NCBI RefSeq assembly: GCF_018977255.1 | Contig: NW_024704742.1 | Span: forward strand, 102,798,001 to 102,862,000 | Length of the DNA: 64,000 nt | Source: Callorhinchus milii | Taxonomy: Eukaryota | Direction: 5' to 3' | Shown here: piece after piece, positions 11,925 through 24,244 of the stretch | Layout: the number at the start of each line of letters is the position of its first letter | Position numbering within the stretch: position 1 is the first letter of the stretch | Made by a program: the position numbers and the translations under genes | The notes under the pieces: generated by a model | Databases searched by the model: none | The model's input: the letters and a program-made list of their open reading frames with translations, nothing else | Told to the model about the DNA's origin: nothing

Positions 11925-12391
11925 TTATGATACTAAGCTAGGAAAAGTAGTAAACAGTGAGGTGGATAGTAGCAGACTGCAAGAGGACATAGACAGACTG
12001 GTAAAATGGGCAGACACGTGGCAGATGAAGTTTAATGGTGAGTAATGTGAAGTGAGGCATTTTGGGAGGAAGAATGAGGAGAGACAATATAAGCTGATGG
12101 TACAATCTTAAAGGGGGTGAAGGAACAGAGAGAGCTGGGGGTTCATATAAGTAAATCTTTGAAGGTGGCAGGACAGGTAGGTAAAGCTGTTAAAAAAAAG
12201 CATACGGGTTACAAGTCTTTATAAATAGGGGCAAAGAATACAAAAGTAAGGAAGTTATGATGAACTTTTATAAAACACTGGTTAGGCCTCAGCTACAGTA
12301 CTGTGTTCAGTTCTCAGCACCCCAATTTAGGAAGGATGTCAATGCATTGGAGAGGGTGCAAAGGAAATTTACCAGGATGGTACCAGGAATG
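11925..12391 (+). mobile_element. CR1 LINE ORF2 C-terminal fragment
   Basis: DDTKLG...WADTWQMKFN...YKTLVRPQL.YCVQF motifs. Confidence 0.85.
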
Positions 12392-15300
12392 AGTAGAGAG
12401 CCCAGCAGCATGAGGAGGGAATTGAGTGAGGTGTAATAGAGTGCGAATTCTGTTAAGGAATTGGGTGAGAATGGAAATTTGGTGCAGAAGGGCAAAGGGG
12501 TGCAGAATTATAAAATATATTAAAATAATATAAAACATGTCTGGGAATATGGCAGGGCAGCTGAGACTGGTTGCATGTATAATGTGTGCCATGTGGGAAC
12601 TCCAGGATGATTTGTGTGTCCCGGACAGACACGTGTGCAGGAAGTGCCTCTGGCTGCTCGAACTTGAGTTTCTGAGCTTGAGGAGCGACCAGTCTCACTA
12701 CATAGTATACGAGAGGCTGAAGACTTCATGGGTGTTCACCCCACAGCCACAGAGAGTTCAGAAGGAAAGTGAGTGGGTGACCATCCAGCATGGTAGGAAG
12801 AGGGGAAGGGCAGTGCAGAAATCCCCTGAGAGTGTGGCACTCACAAACTAGTTCTCTGTACTGAATACTGAAATTTTCAGTATTTTCAGTCAAATTTTCT
12901 CTTTGACCGAGCCTTCAGCTCCCCTCTCGACTCTCTTCCCCCTTCTCACTCCCTCCCTTCACCCTGACCATTTCCCCCCTCCTCGCTCCCTCCCCTCCCC
13001 TCACCCTGACCATTTCCCCCCTGCTCGGGTCATGACCCAACTGTGCAGCGCCTTGGGACGTCCTCCTGACGTGAAAGGCGCTTTATAAATGGAATCTTAT
13101 TGTTGTTGTACTGATGAGGGTAATGACACCTCTGTGGAGGGGAGTCAAAAGCAAATGGATGCACAGGGGAATGCAGAGAAGACTGTCAATGCAATTGTCA
13201 TTGGGGACACAATGATGAAAGAAGTAGACAGGCATTTCTACAACTAAAGGCGTGACTCTCATATGGTGTGTTGCCTCTCTGGTGCCAGGGTTGAAGACAT
13301 CACGGAACACATGCAAGACTTTCTACAAGGGTAAGGGGAACATTCAGAAGTTGTGGTCCATGTTGGGATCCATGACATAAGGAAAAAAAGGGCTGAAATC
13401 CTATAGGGAGAGTATCAGAAGCTAGGGAACAAGCTAAAGAGGAGTACCTCAAAGGTAGTGATCTCTGGCTCACTCCCAGTGCCTCATGCAAGTAGTGCAG
13501 AAAGGAGGGCTTCAGGTTCCTGGATCATTGGGACCAGTTCTGGGGCAGCTGGGAGCTGGACAAGGTGGATGGGTTACACCTGAACAGGGTTAACAGGTTA
13601 ACTTGTGCTGTGGGGAAGGGTTTAAACTAATTTTGAAGGAAGAAGGGAATCAGAATGTGCCAAATTAACAAACAGCTGGGAGAGACAAATAGCAATGTAA
13701 TCAGGAGTAATCCAGAAAAAGGAGGGATTAAATGGGGGAGAAATGCAGAACAGACTAAGTTGGTCTTGGAGTGCATGTGCGTAAATGCATGGAGTGTGAT
13801 AAATAAGATTGGTGAGCTTCAGGCTCAAATTGCCACATGGGGCTATGATGTAGTGGCAATAATGGAGACCTGGCTCAAACAAGTGCAGGAATGGGAGCTG
13901 AATATTCCTGGCTACAATGTATTCAGGAGGGATAGAGAAGGAAAAAACGGAGGGTGGGGGGTTGGCAATATTGATCAAAGACACAGTTACAACCCTGGAA
14001 AGGGATGATGTGCTAATGGGTCCAAAAAACAAATCTATTTGGTTAAAGTTAAGAAGCAGAAAAGGAGTTGTTACTCTGTTAGGTGTATACTATAGACCAC
14101 CAAATAGTGGGAAGGAGATAGATGAGCAAATCTGCAAGCAGATTTCAGAAAGTTGCAAAACCAATAGAGTAGTGAAAATGGGGGACTTTCAATTATCTTT
14201 ACAGAGACTGGCAAAATAATAGTGCAAAGTCCAAAGAGAGGAAAGGATTCCTGAAATGTGTGCAGGATAATTTTCTGGATCAGGATGTTTCCAGTCCAAT
14301 GAGGAAGGAAGCAGTGCTGGATCTAGTTCTGGGGATGAAGTGGAGCAGGTTTTAGCAGGGGAGCATCTGGACAACAGTGATCACTACATCATTAGGTTTA
14401 GAGTACTTATGGAAAGGGACAAGGAGCAATCAAAGGTGAAGATACTCAACTGGAAGAGAGCTAATTTCAATGGGTTTAAAAGGGAACTAGCCAAGGTGGA
14501 CTGGAAAGAAAGATTGGCAGGTAAAACAGCTAATGAGCAATGGGAAGCCTTCAAGGAGGAGATAATTTGGGAACAGAACAAATACACAAAGGGAAAAGGT
14601 AGGGCATCCAAACCTCCCTGGATTAATAAGGAAATTTGGATTAAAATAAAACAGAAAAAGGAAGCTTATGATAAATGTCACATCCAAAATACAGAAGATA
14701 ATCAAATAGAATATAGAAAGTACAGAGGAGAAAACTGAAAAAGGAAATAAAAGAGGTAGAGGAAATAAAAGAGAGTATGAAAAAAGATTATCGGATAACA
14801 TAAAAGGGAAACCTAAGGTATTTTATAAGCATATAAAGAATAGGTTAGTCAAAGGTAGGGTGGGTCCAATTCGGGACCAAAGAGGAAATCTTCTTGTGGA
14901 GGCAGAGGGCATGGCTGATGTACTGAATGAGTACTTTGCATCTGTCTTCACAAAAGAAGAGGATGAGGCCAAAGCCACAGTGTCAGAGGAGAGGGAAGAG
15001 AATTTGGATAAGAAAAGAATAAACCGAGAGGCGGTACTAAAAGGATTGTCGGTGCTCAAGGTAGATAAGTCACCCGGTCTGGACAGGATGCATCCTAAGT
15101 TACTGAGGGAAGTAATGGTGGAAATAACGGAGGGTATGGCCACAATCTTTCAATTCTCCTTGGACACTGGGGTGACGCCAGAGAACTGGAGGGTTGCAAA
15201 TGTTACTCCCCTGTACAAAAAGGGCAGAAGGATAAACCCGGGAATTACAGGACAGTCAGCCTAACGTCAGTAGTGGGGAAACTTCTAGAGACTATAATCC

Positions 15301-15652
15301 GAGACTAAATAAATTTTCACTTAGAAAAATATGGGTTGGTAAAGGACGGCCATGTGGGTTTGCTAAAGGCAAATCGTGTCTAACAAACCTGATAGAGTTT
15401 TTTAATGAAGTAATGGAGAGGGTGGATGAAAGTAGTGCAGTTGATGTAATTGATATGGATCTTCAAAAGGCGTTTGATAAAGTGCCACATAAGAGACTTG
15501 TAAGCAAATTAGAAGCCTACGGTATTAAAGGGACAGTGGCAGCATGGATACAGAACTGGCTGGGAGACAGAAAGCAGAGAGTCGTTGTGAATCGTTGATT
15601 TTCTGACTGGAGGGAAGTGTGCAGTGGTGTCCCCCAGGGATCAGTATTGGAA
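12392..15652 (+). mobile_element. CR1 LINE, 5' three-quarters: ORF1 (CxxC zinc finger plus esterase-like) and ORF2 (APE endonuclease, RT), disrupted
   Basis: ACIMCAMWE..VCRKC; CVNAWSVINK, GVYYRPPN, MGDF, SDH; KSPGLDRMHPKLL, DLQKAFDKVPH, GVPQGS. Confidence 0.92.
12897..13108 (+). mobile_element. Young L2 3' tail inserted in CR1 ORF1
   Basis: Near-identical to 9105-9320. TACTGA occurs on both sides. Confidence 0.9.
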
Positions 15653-15725
15653 CCATAGAGTCATAGAATTATACAGCACAGAAGCAGGCCATTCAGCCCA
15701 TCATGTCTGTGCTGGTTCTTTTAAA

Positions 15726-17097
15726 AGGATTGATCTTTTGACACGGTACACATCTGTCCGCCACATTCTGGGCATGCTTCCTGAAGCCTTTTCCACATTA
15801 ATGTCTCGCAAATCTAGCTACCATCTGCTGAGGGGCTAGATGTCCCCAAGAGTGGATCTGTTGGGCCAAAAATGCCATTAAAGACTGGGGAGCTACTGTT
15901 CTTTGAGTGTCATGTTGTCGCCATATTCCATCTGAACCCAAATGCATTCCTTCTTCCATCCACATCCATATCTCTTCCTTAGTAGGCATAGTAAGTTTCA
16001 CCAACTTAGCAATCTCCGTTTTCAATCCGGCCATAAAAGCCGCTTTTAAAGATCCATCAGCCACTTGGTCCAACGCATCTGGACCGTTGTTACCAGCCAA
16101 TCCGGAATGTTTTATCCATACAGCCCGAAATCTATCGTCATACTGTCGCACCGACTCGGTATTTTCCTGCTGACAAGCCGTAATTTTACTCCAATCAATT
16201 CGAGAAGGACCTTGGTTACGGAGCCAAGTTTGAATAGCCGTCCATCCTGCTTCCAGTAAAGCCCCTAATGGCCCCAGGGCTGCTGTTGCTTGATCTTGTA
16301 GTAATCTAGCATCCCTGCCAGTTGCCATAACTGTTAATATTTGCACCCCATCTTGTGGGTGTAAGCCGTAAATAGTACAAAGACGGTTAAGCTCCTCCCA
16401 AGTCTTCAGCGCACCTTTTCGAGGATCAGATAGCGATTTAGACCATTTGCTAATTTTTTCAGGTTCCGCCGGCAAATGTTCGTGATGTCCTACGCATCCG
16501 TCATGAGCTCCTTCCACAGGGAGCGCGGCATTTCCCGGCGGTACCTCACCGTGACTTAGCTGGTATCTCGTCCTTACGGGTCTTAGTTGGACTGACGGCA
16601 GAGGGGGTCCCCATGGGTTGGGGCAGCAAGTTGACAGATCCCATGGATCACACTCGTTCTTTCTATTATAAGCCAGAGGGGCTGACGCAGACAGCAATGG
16701 TGGATACAACGAGCCACTTTTAACAGGTCTTCCACCGACATTACTTTTACCAGCCGCTTCAGCTTTAAGCTTTTCAATCTCAGCATTTTTACTGTCGATT
16801 TGCTTGTTTTTTGTGTAGTTGTTCTGCCATTGCAGCCAACTGCTTCTTAACTTTATTCATTTCAGCATCGTGTTGAGTATCTTTCATTGTTTCATTCCGC
16901 TGTCGCAACTGACTTGTTGTAATCATTGCCAATCGGGTTTGAGACTTCCCTTTTAAACGGGTCATCTTACCCCATACTTTCTGAATGTTTGGCAGGGCCC
17001 ACTGGCTGCTGCTTATGCCATACTTTTTTTCAATGCTTTCCTGTAATTCTTGGAGCTTTAAATTGGTCTGCAAAGTCTTAGTTAATGTTTCCAACAT
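15726..17097 (-). pseudogene. gag: Retroviral gag (coiled-coil N-terminus, late-domain-like LYPPL, capsid) fused in frame to the integrase N-terminal HHCC region
   Basis: ORFs 16789-17139 and 15798-16709 join if one base is removed from the A6 run at 16807-16812. MHR QENTESVRQYDDRF (Q-x3-E-x4-Y-x2-RF). After LTMPT the frame reads KEEIWMW...QIHSWGHL...RH*CGKGFRKHAQNVADRCVPCQKIN. Confidence 0.85.
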
Positions 17098-17316
17098 TTC
17101 AGTCGCGTTTATCCAAAATCCGAAAAATAGGCTATTCAATTTTTATCAAGCTTCAGTCTCGACCTTCGCACACAATTCTTTCAGGGATCACAAGAAAATT
17201 CAAACAGCTCAACACCCGAGACGAAGGAATTTTTCCAGAGGATTCTTTACCTCAAGTCACGTCTGACTTTGTTACTGGGTCTTGGGATATCTATGTCGGT
17301 TTCCTTGTCTTCAGTG

Positions 17317-17334
17317 ATCCTGCCGACTACGCCA
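17317..17334 (-). promoter_or_regulatory. Primer-binding site, tRNA-Ser
   Basis: Identical 18-mer to 5785-5802, again 4 nt from the LTR end. Confidence 0.92.
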
Positions 17335-17793
17335 GAATTGTTGGGTTACTTCTCAAAGCGTCTTTATGTGTGTAAAATAATCTTCAGACTTCAGGTAGAT
17401 TTCAAAAGTTCTTCTTTATTACCGCACTGCAGAAAGGTTACAGTCCAGGCACACTCTTGTGGTTCGAACAAAGAAAAACTTGGCACACATTCCATATATA
17501 GGTATAATGCTCCGATCACAATGCTGTAATTAAGTTTTGTGCCTACCACTCTAATACCATCCCCTTCTAGCTGTCTCTCGTATCCCTGACTCGGCCTCTT
17601 TAACTGTTCTAATATGAACTTGTTATTCAGTTACTCTTTCCTGTCTTTGTTCCCCATCCTTGGGCAGCTCTCTGGTCCATTCCAGTTTAACCTACTCTAT
17701 GCTGATTGTAAGACCACGAGCCTGAGTAGTTTTTGTACAGGGTCACTATCAGGCATTCAGGCCAGAACTCCTGTTCTGCTTCAGGAGCCCTCA

Positions 17794-18420
17794 GATTATC
17801 GATCCACCCACCAGTGGAAATACTTTCTCCTTGTTCACCCTATTGAATCCCCTCATAGTTATGGAAAACTTATATTAAGTCTCCTCTTAACCTTCTCTGC
17901 TCCAATGAGAATAATCCTAGCTCCTAATCTCTCCTGATAACTGAAGTCTCTCATTCCTGGTAAATCTCCTTTGCACCCTCTCCAATGCCTTTACATCCTT
18001 CCTAAAGTGTGGGGCCCAGAACTACTCTAGCTGAGGTCTAACCAGTGTTTTATAAAGGTTCATCATAACTTCCTGACTTGTGTATGCTATGTCCCTATTT
18101 ATAAAGCCTAGTATCCTGTATGCTTTTTTAACAGCTTTATCTTCCTGTCCTGCCACCTTCAAAGATTTACTATATATAACCCCAGGTCTCTCTGTTCCTT
18201 GTACCATCAGTTTATATTGTTTCTCCTCATTCTTCCTCCCAAAATGCCTCACTTCACATTTCTTCACATTAAACTTAATCTGCCACGTGCCTGCCCATTT
18301 TACTAGTCTATATACGTCCATTTGCAGTCTGCTACTATCCTCCTCATTGTTTACTACTTTTCCTAGCTTAGTATCATCTGCAAACATGGAAATTGTACTC
18401 CCTGTATCCGAGTCCAGGTC
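17794..18420 (-). mobile_element. CR1 ORF2 3' part (inverted); its extreme tail is at 15653-15722
   Basis: FADDTKLG...YKTLVRPQLE on the minus strand. Colinear with the CR1 at 59659-60222. Confidence 0.9.
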
Positions 18421-18474
18421 TCCCTAGAGTACACAGCAAGTTTTCTCTTAAAGATGGTGATGCTTTTAAAGATT

Positions 18475-19290
18475 ATTGGCTGCCGCGTTTTGCCTATATT
18501 ATACAGTCAATTCACTTTACAGTATATTCTGTGAAGCGCTTTGAGACAGCTAGAAGGCGTGAAAAGCACTATATCAAAAATGCAAGGATTAATATGCTTT
18601 CTGCTTCAACCACAACTTCTAGCAGTAAATTCCACGTTCTCATGACCCTCTGCATGAAGAAGTTCCTTTTAAACTCCATAAAATCTGCTATGGCTATCTT
18701 AAATGAACGCCTCCTTGTTTTGTACACGCCAAACAATGGAAACAGTCTATTAATATCTAACTTATTGAATCCTTTCATCACTTTTTAAACACCTCTACCA
18801 GGTCCTCTCTCAATCATCTCATCTCCAGAGACAAACATTAATTGTCCAGTCATTTACTCCACCCTGGTAACATCCTGGTAAATTTACACTGCTCTCTCTC
18901 CATTGGGATAGTATCCTTGTTCATCATATTAGGTCAGTGTCCCTCCTATGATTGCAGCACCAGCAGTAAATCATTAGCCTGTTGAAAAATGTGAGCAATT
19001 ACCCTCAGTGAGGGATATTGTAAGGAGATAGATACAAATTTTAAAGAACTTCTTCACTCAAAGGGTGGTGAATGTATGGAACTCGCTATCCCAAAGGGCT
19101 GTTGATGCTCAGTCCTTGAACATATTCAAGACTGAGATAGATAGATTTCTTATTGCAAAAGGGGTTAAGGGATATGGGGATAAGGCAGGGTTATGGTATT
19201 AGCTGGAGTTAGATTAGGAGATCAGCCATGATTGAATGGCGGGGCAGGCTCGAAGGGCCGAATGGCCTACTCCTGCTCTTACATGTTATG
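18475..19290. mobile_element. Cluster: SINE 3' end (18475-18590,+), CR1 fragment (18592-18920,-), CR1 tail (19020-19290,+)
   Basis: SINE tail motif; RGHx.K/FFxQRV..WN motifs; ggctcgaagggccgaatggcctactcctgctc tail. Confidence 0.75.
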
Positions 19291-19514
19291 TTAAAAATGC
19301 TTAAAGTACCATTTGCTGCCTTTCAAGAACTTTTGCTGACTATATAGGTGACAACTTGACTCAAGCCCCATGTGTCTTGGCCAATAGTCTTCCAGAAAAC
19401 TTGGTCATTCACTTAATGGTCATTTGTGGAAAATTTATATTGATATATAAACACACAAGTCACTGCACTTTACAGTAAAATCCTTTGAGACGTGATAAGG
19501 TACAATATAGCACA

Positions 19515-20405
19515 GTCTCCACTTTGTCTCCATGAACAGCTTCTCCTCCAACTCCCCCAGCGTCTCCTGCAGTGTTCTTCGGGGTTCTGACCTTGGTCTC
19601 CCCCTCTTCGATATCTACATGTTCCTTCTTGGTGACATCATCCACAGACATTGTCAGACCCCGCCACTGTGAAGCACTCTGGGATGCTACCTCATGCGAA
19701 GTGCGCTATATAAATGCAAGTTGTTGCTGTTGCCATGGGGTCAACTTCCACAAGTTTGCGGATGACACCCAACTGTATCTCTCTGCCTCAACCCTCAACT
19801 TCAGGACCACTGCTGTCCTGACGAAATGTCTATCAGACATCAAGTCCTTGGATGAGAGCTAACTTTCTACAGTTGACTGTCAACAAGACCGAGGCTCTCC
19901 TGATTGACTGCTGTTAGTGCCTCCACACCTCAGGCAATGGCAACATCACCATCCAAGGATACACACTCCATTTCACTGAGCCAGTCTGGAACCTTGGTGT
20001 CTTGTTCGATCCTCAACTGTCCTTTCTACCCCACGTCTGTGCAATGACCCGCTCTGCCTTCCCCACCTCTGCAACATCGCCCAACTCCACCATTGCCTCA
20101 TCCCTCAGGCTCCATGTCCCCCACCTGACCCACTGCACCATTGGAGGTCGGGCCTTCAGCCTCTCTGCCCTCACCCTTTGGAACTCTATCCCACAGTCCC
20201 TTTGCCTTGCTTCCTTCCTTGCCTGCATCAAGGCACTTCTTAAGACCCTTCTTTTCAATCACACCTTCGGTCACCCTCCTACCCTTACCCTCCCTGCCTT
20301 CCAACCCTCCTGATCCCAACCCCGAGGTCCAAATCCCTGACTGTCCTTAGGACATCCTCCTGAAATGAAAGGCACTGAACAAATATAATTTTTTGTTGTT
20401 GTTGT
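19515..20405 (+). mobile_element. Degenerate L2 RT and 3' end with small nested L2 tail (about 19655-19732)
   Basis: [28 protein letters not shown], tail (ttg)n. Confidence 0.8.
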
Positions 20406-20579
20406 TAAAGCAAACAAGAGGAATAATATTACTTGATGCTGCCTCACTCTCCACTGGTCATTATATCAATACTACTTTCTAGTTCTTCCAAAGCTTCAAA
20501 TGCATCATCTCACATCCTATTCCTCCTCCTGCTCAGATTTCTGCAGCTTTTTATTTCTACAAATCAATAATTATTATTA

Positions 20580-21890
20580 ATAATAATAATTTTTGCATTT
20601 GATATAGAACCTTACATGTCAGGAGGATATTTCAAAAGGCTGCACAGATCTCACTGTAAAGTATAATGACTACTTTTGTAGATGAGCACAGCAACAAATC
20701 TGTGCAGAGCAATTTCCCACAAACCATCCAGCATTTTTGCATCTGCCTGTTCAGGTGGATGCTAAAGATCTCATGGCACTATTCGAAAACAGAAGGGACT
20801 TTCTCTCTTCTGGTGTCCTGACCAACAGTCCCCCCCAAAAAATTGGTCACTCACTCCATGGCTGTTTGTGGGACATTGCTGTGTGCAAACTGGCTGCTGT
20901 GTTTCGCTCACAAATACAGTCATTGCGCTTTACAGTATATCCTGTAAAGTGCTTTGAGCAGTCGCGACAATGTGATAAGGCACTATATCAAAATGCAAGG
21001 ATTTAAACAACCTTGGAACAATTTTATCTGGGGGATTGTTGGCCAGGACACCAGGAGAAACAGCTTTCACTTTTCAAGTAGTGCCATGAGATCTTTAATA
21101 TCCATCTGAACAGGCAGTTGGAACTTTGATTTAACATCTCATCCAGAAGACGACATCTCTAATAATGCAGCATCCCCCCCACCACCCCCATCTCTGCATT
21201 GGACTGGCAGCCTAGATCATACAAATTCAAAGTCCCAATGTGAAGCTTGAACCCACAAGCTGAGATTGTGCCTTTCACCTCAGGAAAACATCCCAAAGAA
21301 CGTCACACGATATACTGCAAAGTGTGAGGCCTGTGTTTTGTGGGTGAATGTGGCAGCCAATTTTTGCACAGCAATATCCCATAAACAGCCATGAATTTTA
21401 TTTGTTTGGGGGATTATTGACCAGATTGTTTCTCTTTTCAAATAGTGCTAAGGGATCTACAACATCCGTTTGAATAGGAAGACAAAGCCTTGGTTTAACG
21501 TCTCATTTGAAGGGCGGCACCTCCATAAATAGAGACAAACGCTAGACAAACACCTCAAAGGACGGCACCACCAGCACTGCATTGAGATGTAGGTTAGACT
21601 ATATGAATTCCAGGCCTGCAGTGAGGCCTAAACCCACAACTTTCTAAGTCAGAGATGAGAGTTCTACCAACTGAGCCAGGATGATATAGTCATGTGAGTT
21701 TTAAAGTCCACTTGCACAGCCAGATTGAGATTTCAGTTTAATTTCTCATCCAAAGGATGGCACCTCTAACAATGGAGTGCTTCCCCAATACTGCCCTGGA
21801 GTGTTATCCTATCCTAGACTATGAGCTTCCACTTGGGGCTTGAACTCAAAGCTCTCTAACCTAGAAGCATGAGTGGCACTTACTGAGCAA
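20580..21890. mobile_element. Cluster of old Deu-domain SINE fragments in both orientations
   Basis: gcctgttcaggtggatg..aaagatc.catggcactatt.gaa...ctgtttgtgggacattgctgtgtgcaaa.tggctg and its reverse complements. Confidence 0.65.
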
Positions 21891-22939
21891 GACTGCCACA
21901 CCTTTTTAGTGCTATTAAGTCAACAGCCACAAGTGGTTAAATATGAATCATACAGTGAAGCAACAGTCATTTGTAGTTGCACATTTCAGAGTTCATGTGC
22001 AGCTATTGTCTATGCCAGCAAAGTATAATGATTGATTTAATTATCACCTTAAAGTAATTCAGTCAGACAAAACTAGCGTACATTCCCTTCACCATCTCAC
22101 ATTCCCTTCGCCTCATTCCCTCTTTTGCCTCCTTCAAGGCATGACTCAAGACCCTCCTCTTCGCCCTCCACCCTCCCTGATCCCAATCCCCCCCCCCACC
22201 CCCGACTCAGGTCCTAATGGACCCTAATCCTTGACTGTTTAGTGCCTTGGGATGTCCTTCTGACATGAAAGGCACTTTTTAAATGTTATTTTGTATTGTA
22301 TTGTACATTGCTGGAATTTATTATTGTTATGATTCAACTGATGGAAGTTGGCCAGTGTAAGAATGGAGCTTGCTAATCTCTAGAAGAGAAAATCTGGCTG
22401 GTTAGTTTTACAATTGGACTTTTTCATCTTGGAAACATTTTTAAAACAATTTATATTTTGAAAAGTTGCAGTGTTAATTAAAGGGATAACACTCTTATGC
22501 CCTGTGTCCTGATAGCCTAATGAGTAAAGGCACCACCAAACTATTTAGATTGGAAAATTGCAGATTCAAAACCTGGTTTGTGTTGAGGCGGTTGATCTCA
22601 GCGTGAACAGTAGTCAGCACACAGTGTATCTGTATGATGATGTGACTGATGAGTCTGACTCTTGCTAGAAGGTCTGCATGCCTGGATGTCAGATGAGGAC
22701 TTATTTGTGAATACTTCTCCCTCCATCCTATGGTGGGATCGTCTGCCACACACTCCCAAGACCTGCAAAACTGCACCAAGTAGAAGGAAACAAAGTTAAA
22801 GAATCAAAAAGATGATGAAAAACAATTGGAAAAGAATTACATGCAAAAATCCACATACATTCTCTGCTGCAACAGCTATTCTGATTCATTGTTCATTCAG
22901 GGTTGACTGCAGTGTACCAACAAAACAGAGGGAATAGTC

Positions 22940-23560
22940 ATAGTGTGTGTGGTGTGATTATAGGCTTCTCATAGGAATTTTATACCACAACTGAAGGTAA
23001 GCAACATCACGCAACAGGGATATAATATGGGATAATATTAATAACCACTTGGAAGGATACAAGTTGTTTAAAGACAGGCTGCATAGATTTGTTAAGGCAA
23101 GTTTTGCTTGACAAATCTAATAAAGTTCTTGGATGAAATAACTGAAAGAATAGTTGAAGGTAATGATGTCCATTTGGTATGTCTTTTGATAAGGTGCCAC
23201 ATAGGAGGCTTGTTAAAAAAAAAGGGTGAATAGTATTAATGGAAAGGTAGCCGCATGTATAGAAAGATGGTTAAATAATAATAATAATAATCCTTGCATT
23301 TGATATAGCGCTTTTCACGTCTTCTAGACGTCTCAAAGCGTTTCACAGAATATACTGTAAAGTGAATTGACTGTATATAAAGGATAGAAAACGTAAGGTG
23401 GGACTATAGGATTGTTATTCACAATGGAAAGATACAGTAATGGTGTCCCCCAAGGGTCAGTGGTAGACCACTGCTTTTCTCCATGTATATAAATGATCTG
23501 GATTCTGGTATAAGGGGCACAATTTCTAACTTTGTAGATGTCTCAAAAATCTATGAGCTG
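22940..23560 (+). mobile_element. Degenerate CR1 RT fragment interrupted by SINE 3' piece (23275-23378,-)
   Basis: FDKVPHRRL, GVPQGSV motifs; (aat)n-ccttgcatttgatatagcgc insert. Confidence 0.75.
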
Positions 23561-24244
23561 TTTAACAAATGGCCTCCAACTTTTTTTTAATTGAAGGAAA
23601 AGTTTGTTCAGATCTGTAAAATTGTGACATTGATAATGTATGAAACTAGATTTAATAGTCTTTGATGGAAGGTTAATTAATCTTAATAATAAATAAAATT
23701 GTATTAATTAGAAGCTAACACTTACCTACCCGAAAGGAAAGCCCATACATTATGTTTAGTAGTTTGTATGAGAGTAATGGCTTTATTAATTTCATAAATA
23801 ACTTTAGAGGCTGAAGGGCTGTATTCATCAAATAGTGGAGGGCAAGACTGGGTAACAAAAGGCACAATGTTTGAGCTTTTTTCCATTTTTAAAAATGAGT
23901 TAAATAACATGAAATATTGTTCGGGATGGCACCTAACAATGGATTAGGCTGCATGTCTATTAGTGGCCAATTGTGGACAGAAGTAATTTATTGTTAAACT
24001 GGAAGATGGGAGTAGCCACTGTACTATCTTTTCTCATTGAATTGAAGGTGACAGTTACTAACAGTAAACACCTGTTTAATCCGTTTCATGAGACAAAGTG
24101 TCTGTAGGCAACAGCGGCATGATGGGTGACCTTTATCCTTCAATTCTATCTCTTGACAAAATATTATTATTTTTAACAAGAAATCAATGCGACAATTATA
24201 GATGTGAATTTCCCAGAGGTAGAGTGACCAGACCAGACCATCAA

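Larger units (their letters stand above)
15723..17793 (-). mobile_element. Endogenous retrovirus remnant: 5' LTR, tRNA-Ser PBS, gag, internal deletion, start of integrase; 3' part lost
   Basis: LTR-like 17339-17793 (TG...CA; TATATA near 17495, AATAAA near 17417 on the minus strand), PBS 17317-17334, gag with MHR, HHCC motif. Flanked on both sides by pieces of one CR1 3' end. Confidence 0.88.
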
